The translations under genes and the position numbers were made by a program. From the NCBI RefSeq assembly GCF_006345805.1, contig NW_021829874.1:1-33970 (forward strand): 33,970 nt of DNA, given 5' to 3'. The notes beneath the pieces are model-generated. The model saw only the letters and a program-made list of their open reading frames with translations. It ran no database searches and was not told the origin of the DNA. Positions 23,950 to 31,786 of the stretch are shown here, piece after piece (the stretch's first letter is position 1; each line of letters starts with the position of its first letter). The DNA is from Octopus sinensis (taxonomy: Eukaryota).

Positions 23950-24758
23950 CGAGGGTGAGTCAAAAAGTAATAGCATTTTGTTAAGGCAGGAACATGTATC
24001 ATACATCAAAATAAAGCTGGTCCACTGTGGATCACATCCCTACTTCTCAACATAGTCACCGTTTCTCTCAATAGCAATGTTCTGCCTTCGAATGAGAGTA
24101 TGTATCCCTACCCCGTAAGAAGAATAGAGGGATCATTTCGGTTTGAACAGCAGTTTTTTCTAGCGGTGTCATATGAAATTGTCACCCATAATTATGACCC
24201 TAGTATCGATCTATTGCATTTCAATCTGTTTTACGGTTAGGGTTAGTTAAGGTGAGGGTTAGGGGTGGGGGGAAGGGTATCTTTTTTCTTCGCAAATGTA
24301 AATAAACCCAATCTGTTTCTTAAACGAGGGACATATTCATACGGCACAGAATGTTTTTTACCTCAATAGACGTCATTGATTGGTTGAACTTGCAGAAATT
24401 GAAGAAAAAAAACCAACAAATATCTTAGAAACAATAGAATTTTCTCAATAAAGCCAAGAGAAAAAGATGTTTTATACACACATTCTACCAGTATACGAAG
24501 TTTAAGAGTGTTTAGTTACGTGGAAATTATTTTAAAACACTGCCGGTCAAACCAAAAAGATCCCAGTTTCTTAAACGAGGGACATATTCATACGGCACAG
24601 AATATTTTTTTTTACCTCAATAGACGTCAGTGATTGGTTGAAATTGCAGAAATTGAAGAAAAAAACCCAACAAATATCTTACAAACTATAGAATTTTCTC
24701 AATAAAGCCAAGAGAAATTATTTTTAAAAACTGCCAGTCAGACCGAAAAGATCCGGAT

Positions 24759-24789
<31 letters not shown>

Positions 24790-26425
24790 AGGAGAGAAAG
24801 TGATAAAAAAAAGTCACTCTAAAAGACACACCTACGAATGAGAAAGCATGAAACCGCTTCATTGTTCTCGTCTATGGCTTGGTGGAGTAGGTTCTGCTGG
24901 CATCCGTCAGGGCCTTCCCCCCACATGTCTACGTCACAGCCATGTTTTACCTGGAGAAAGAGAGAGAAAAGCAGAGGGGGAAATATTAGAGACATCAGTG
25001 ACATGAGAGACTCAGGAAGGGTGAGAGATGTTAGCTTGGTGCAGCAAACCCTTCTTCTTCGTAGCTGTAAGACCTGTTTGTGAGACCCATATTGGAGTAG
25101 GGGATTCAAGCCTCTTCTCCTTATCTCCTCAAAGACATACAGCATCTCGAAAGAGTCCAGAAGCTGGCTACCCGCATGGTTCTTGGTTTCAAGAATTTGT
25201 CTTATGAAGAAAGGCTGATGACGCTCGAACTTTATTCTCTAGAAAAACGACGTCGCCGTGGTGATCTCATTCTTGCTCACAACATCAGAAGCGGAAAGTG
25301 TAACCTCTCGATAGAGCTGTTCTTCACTCCTGCTCCAGAGCATCGGCTGCGGGGTCATTCCGAAAAGCTCTATCTGCGACGATTTCATCTCAATCGAAGG
25401 AGAGGGGCTTTCTCCATCCGGGTTGCAGATCCGTGGAATAAGCTGCCGGACGAGATAGTGAAGATGCCGACAACCGCTCGGTTCAAAGTCTCCCTTGACC
25501 ACAAGTGGCCTGAACTCTTTACATGAACACCACCCTGTACATAACTCCATGTCCCCCTACATGGCCTTGCTTTTTGCTTTTTGGGCCAAAAAATTAACTA
25601 ACTAACCATTTTTTTTGTTATCAATAAACTCTGGCCTCCATGCCGATGGCACGTAAAAATACCATTCAAGCGTGATCGTTACCTGCATCGCCTTACTAGC
25701 ACTTGTGCTGGTAGCACGTGTAAAAAACATTCGAGCAAGGTTGTTGACAGTGCCGCTGGACTGGCTCCTGTGCAGGTGGCATATAAAAAGCCCATTTGAG
25801 CATGGCCGTTTATCTTATTTTATCTAGTTTCAGCTCACGAGCTGTGGCCATGCTGGGGCACGGCCATTTGGTGTTGCTACATGATTTTATACTTCCCGAA
25901 TGCTTTTTAGCAACTGCCATTTGGTGCATGAGAGAGTTCGATGCAGCTGCCCACATCTGCATGGCTATTATAGTGATCATGGTGATATAGACATAGATGC
26001 ATATATATATTTACATATATAAGTATATCGACAGATATACACATACACATAGACATAGGAGTGGCTGTGTGGTAAGTGGCTTGCTTACCAACCACATGGT
26101 TCCGGGTTCAGTCCCACTGCATGGCACCTTGGGTTAGTGTCTTCTACTACAGCCTCGGGCTGACCAAAGCCTTGTGAGTGGATTTGGTAGACGGAAACTG
26201 AAAGAAGCCTGTCATATATATGTATATATATATATGTGTGTATATATATATAGGCGCAGGAGTGGCTGTGTGGTAAGTAGCTTGTCTACCAACCACATGG
26301 TTCCAGGTTCGTCCCACTGCGTGGCACTTGGGCAAGTGGTCTTACTATAGCCTCGGGCCGACCAAAGCCTGTGAATGGATTTGGTAGACGGAAACTGAAA
26401 GAGCTGTCGTATAATGTATATATAT

Positions 26426-26470
<45 letters not shown>

Positions 26471-29400
26471 CTATGTATGTGTGTGGTTGTGTGTCTGTGT
26501 TGTCCCCTAGCATTGCTTGACAACCGATGCTGGTGTGTTTATGTTCCCCGTTACTTACCTTAGCGGTTCAGCAAAAAGAGACCGATAGAATAAGTACTGG
26601 GCTTACAAAAACGAATAAGTCCCGGGGTCGAGCTGCTCGACTAAAAAAGGCGGTGCTCCAGCATGGCCGCAGTCAAATGACTGAAACGAGTAAAAGAGAG
26701 AGAGAGAGATACATACACACACACACACACAAACACACATATACTCACACACACAAACCCACACACACTCTCACTCTCACTCACACACACACACACAAAC
26801 ACACACACAAACACTAACACACACTCTCACTCACACACACACACAGAAACACAAACACACACACACTCACTCACACACACACACAAACACTAACACACAC
26901 AAACACTCACACACATACGCACACAAACACACAAACACTCACTCACACACACACTCTCACTCACACACACTCTCACTCACACACAAACACACACACACAC
27001 ACACTCTCACTCACGCACACACACACACAGAAACACACACACACACACACTAACACACACAAACACTCACACACACACGCACACACACACAAACACTCAC
27101 TCACACACACACTCTCACACAAACACACACACAAACACACACACACTCACACACACACACACAAACACGCAGAAATGAAGAGGAGGAAAAGCAGAGGGAT
27201 AAGTGTACCTTACCAAGATGTGTGCAATGTCCTCCTGCCCAGAATCCAAAGCCAGCCAAAGGGGACAGTTGTTGTCCTTGTCCACTATGTTCATGTTGAC
27301 GCCACTGGCACACAGTGCCTCCACAATGACAGGAAGATGGCGCTTGATCGCCAGCTGTAGAGGGGCGTCACCCTCAGGAGTCCTGCAAGGAGACGGATGG
27401 GGGAGTTTCGTTTGTTAGTGGGCGTTTGAGGGAGAGGAAGAGACTGGAGACAGACAGACAGACAGAGGGACAGATGGGGAGAGACAGAGAGACAGACGGA
27501 CGGACGGACGGGCGGACAGATAGACAGATGGAGAGAGACAGAGAGACAGACGGACGGACGGGCGGGCGGGCGGACAGATAGACAGATGGAGAGAGACAGA
27601 GAGACAGACGGAGGGACGGACGGGCGGACAGATAGACAGATGGAGAGAGACAGAGAGACAGACGGACGGATGGAAGGGCGGACAATAGACAGATGGAGAG
27701 AGACAGAGAGACAGAACGGACGGACGGGCGGACAGATAGACAGATGGGAGAGACAGAGAGACAGACGGAGAGGCGGGCGGACAGATAGACAGATGGAGTG
27801 AGACAGAGAGACAGACGGACGGACGGGCGGACAGATAGACAGATGGAGAGAGACAGAGAGACAGACGGACGGACGGGCGGGCGGACAGATAGACAGATGG
27901 AGGGAGACAGAGAGACAGACGGACGGACGGACGGGCGGACAGATAGACAGATGGAGAGAGACAGAGAGACAGACGGACGGACGGACGGGCGGACAGATAG
28001 ACAGATGGAGAGAGACAGAGAGACAGACGGACGGACGGGCGGGCGGACAGATAGACAGATGGAGAGAGACAGAGAGAGACGGGACGGACGGACGGGCGGA
28101 CAGATAGACAGATGGAGAGAGACAGAGAGACAGACGGACGACGGACGGGCGGACAGATAGACAGATGGAGAGAGACAGAGAGACAGACGGACGGACGGAC
28201 GGGCGGACAGATAGACAGATGGAGAGAGACAGAGAGACAGACGGACGGACGGACGGGCGGACAGATAGACAGATGGAGAGAGACAGAGAGACAGACGGAC
28301 GGACGGGCGGACAGATAGACAGATGGAGAGAGACAGAGAGACAGACGGACGGACGGACGGGCGGACAGATAGACAGAGGGAGAGAGACAGAGAGACAGAC
28401 GGACGGACAGATAGACAGATGGAGAGAGACAGAGAGACAGACGGACGGACGGGCGGACAGATAGACAGACAGACGGACGGGCGGACAGATAGACAGATGG
28501 AGAGAGACAGAGAGACAGACGGACGGACGGACGGGCGGACAGATAGACAGATGGAGAGACAGAGAGACAGACAGACGGACGGGCGGACAGATAGACAGAT
28601 GGAGAGAGGACAGAGAGACAGAGGACGGACGGACGGGTGGACAGATAGACAGATGGAGAGAGACAGAGAGACAGACGGACGGACGGACGGGTGGACAGAT
28701 AGATAGACAGATGAGAGAGACAGAGAGACAGACGGACGGACGGACGGGCGGACAGATAGACAGATGGAGAGAGACAGAGAGACAGACGGACGGATGGGCG
28801 GGCGGACAGATAGACAGATGGAGAGAGACAGAGAGACAGACGGACGGACGGACGGGCGGACAGATAGACAGATGGAGAGAGACAGAGAGACAGACGGACG
28901 GACGGGCGGACAGATAGACAGATGGGAGAGACAGAGAGACAGACGGACGGGGCGGACGATAGACAGATGGAGAGAGACAGAGAGACAGACGGACGGACGG
29001 ACGGGCGGACAGATAGACAGATGGAGAGAGACAGAGAGACAGACGGACGGACGGGCGGACAGATAGACAGATGGAGAGAGACAGAGAGACAGACGGACGG
29101 ACGGACGGGCGGACAGATAGACAGATGGAGAGAGACAGAGAGACAGACGGACGGGGACGGGCGGACAGATAGACAGATGGAGAGAGACAGAGAGACAGAC
29201 GGACGGACGGGCGGACAGATAGACAGATGGAGAGAGACAGAGAGACAGACGGACGGACGGGCGGACAGATAGACAGATGGAGAGAGACAGAGAGACAGAC
29301 GGACGGACGGGCGGACAGATAGACAGATGGAGAGAGATGGACAGAGAGACAGATGAACAGAGAGAAACGGACAGGCAGAGACACAGACAGACAGACAGAT

Positions 29401-31753
29401 GGATGGACAGAGAGACAGATGGGCAGCAACAGAGAGACAGACGGACTGACGGATGGACAGAGAGACAAACAGACAGATGGAGAGAGACAGAGAGAGCCAG
29501 ACAGGAAGACAGATAGACAGAGAGAGACAGACAGACAGATGGACAGAGAGAGAGAGAGGCAGACATAAACAGACAGACAGACAGATGGACAGAGAGACAG
29601 AGAGACAAACAGACAGATGGAGAGAGACAGAGGAAGATAGACAGGCAGACAGATGGACAGAGCCATAGAGACAGACGGATGGACAGAGAGACAAACAGAC
29701 AGATGGATAGAGCCAGACAGACGGAGAGACAGACAGACAGACGGACAGAGAGAGAGGCAGACATAGACAGACAGACAGACAGATGGACAGCAACAGAGAG
29801 ACAGATGGACAGACGGACAGACAGAGAGACAAACAGACAGATGGAGAGAGACAGAGAAAGACAGACAGGAAGACAGAGCCAGACAGTGTGTGAGTGTGTG
29901 TGTATGTGTATGTGTATGTTTGTGTGTGTAAGTGTGTGAGAGTGTTTGTGTGCGAGTGAATGTGTGTGTGTGAGTGTGTATGTGTGTGTGTTTGTGTGAG
30001 TGTGTGTGTTTGTGTGAGAGTGTGTGTTTGTGTGTGTTTGTGTGTGTGTGTGTGTTTGTGTGAGTGTGTGTGTGGTGTGTGTGTGTTGTGTGAGTGTGTG
30101 TGTGTGTGTGTTTGTGTGTGTTTGTGTGTGTGTGTGTTTGTGTGTGTTTGTGTGTTGGTGGTGTGTGTTTGTGTGTGTGTGTGTGTGTTTGTGTGTTTTG
30201 TGTGTTTGTGTGAGTGTGTGTTTGTGGGTGTGGTGTTTGTGTGTGTTTGTGTGTGTGGTTTGGGTTGTGTGTGTGTGGTGTGTGTGTGTGTTTGTGTGTG
30301 TTTGTGTGTGTGTGTGGAGTGTGTGTTGGTGAGTGTGTGTTGTGTGTGTTGTTGTGTGTGTTGTGTTGTGTGTGTTTGTGGTGAGGTGTGTTTGTGTGTG
30401 TGTGTGTGTTTGGTGTGTTGTGTGTGTTTGTGTGAGTGTAGTGGTGTGTTTGTGGGTGTGTGTTTGTGTGTGTTGTTTGTGTTTGTGTGTGTGTGTTTTG
30501 TGTGAGTTGTGTGTGTGTGTGTGTGTGTGTTTGTGTGTGTTTGTGTGTGTGTGTGTGAGTGTGTGTTTGTGTGAGTTGTGTTTGTGTGTGTTTGTGGTGG
30601 TGTTGTGTTGTTGTGTGTTTGTGTGAGGTGTGTTTGTGTGGTGTGGGTGTGTTGGGTGTGTGTTTGTGGGTGTGTGTGTTGTGTGAGTGTGTGTGTGTGT
30701 GTGGTGTTTGTGTGTGTTTGGGTGGTGGTGTGTGTGTGTGTTTGTGCGAGAGTGTGTGTTTGTGGTGTGTGTGTGTGTGTGTGTTTGGTGTGTGTGTGTG
30801 TTTGTGTGTGGGTGTGTGTTTGTGTGAAGTGTGTTGTGTGTGTTTGTGTGTGGTGTGTGTTTGTGTGTTTGTGTTGTGTGTGTGTGAGTGTGGTGTTTGT
30901 GTGTGTTGTTTGTGGTGTGTGTGTGTGTGTTTGTGTGAGAGTGGGTGTTTGTGTGTGTGTGGTGTTTGTTGTGTGTGTGTGTGTGTTTTGTGTGCGTGTG
31001 TGTGTTGTGTGTGTGTGTGTGTGGGGTGTTTTTGTGGAGAGTGTGTGTTTGTGTGTGTGTGTGTGTTGTGTTGTGGTTTGTGTTGTGTGTGTTTGTTGTG
31101 TGTGTGTGTTGTTGTGTGTGTGTGGTGTTTGTGGGTGTGTGTGTGTGTGTGTGAGAGTGTGTTGTTGTGTGTGTTTGTGTGTTGTGGTGTGTGTTTGTGT
31201 GAGAGTGTGTGTTTGTGTGTGTGTGGTGTTTGTGTGTGTGTGTGTGTGTTGTGTGCATGTGGGTGTTTGTGTGTGTGTGTGTGTGTGTGTTTGTGTGAGA
31301 GTGTTTTGTGTTTGTGTGTGGTGTGTTGTGTGTGTGTGTGTGGGTGTGTGAGAGTGTGGTGTTTGTGTTTGTTTGTGTTTGTGGTGTTTGTGTGTGTGTG
31401 TGGTTGTGTGTGTGTGTTGTGTGTGGTGTGTGGGTGTGTGTGTGAGAGTGTGTGTGTTTGTGTGTGTTTGTGTGTGTGTGTGTGTGTGTTGTGTGAGAGT
31501 GTGTGTTTGTTGTGTGTGTGTGTGTTGGTGTGGTGTGTGTGTTTTGTGTGCGTGTGTGGTTTGTGTGGTGTGTGGTGTGTGTGTGTTTGTGTGAGAGTGT
31601 GTGTTTGTGTGTGTGTGTGTTTGTGTGTGTGTGTGGTGTGGTGAGAGTGTGTGTTGTTGGGTGTTTGTGTTGTGTGTGTTGTGTTGTGGTGTGTGTTTGT
31701 GTGGGTGTGTGTGTGAGAGTGTGGGTGTTTTGTGTGTTTGTGTTGTGTGTGTT

Positions 31754-31786
<33 letters not shown>

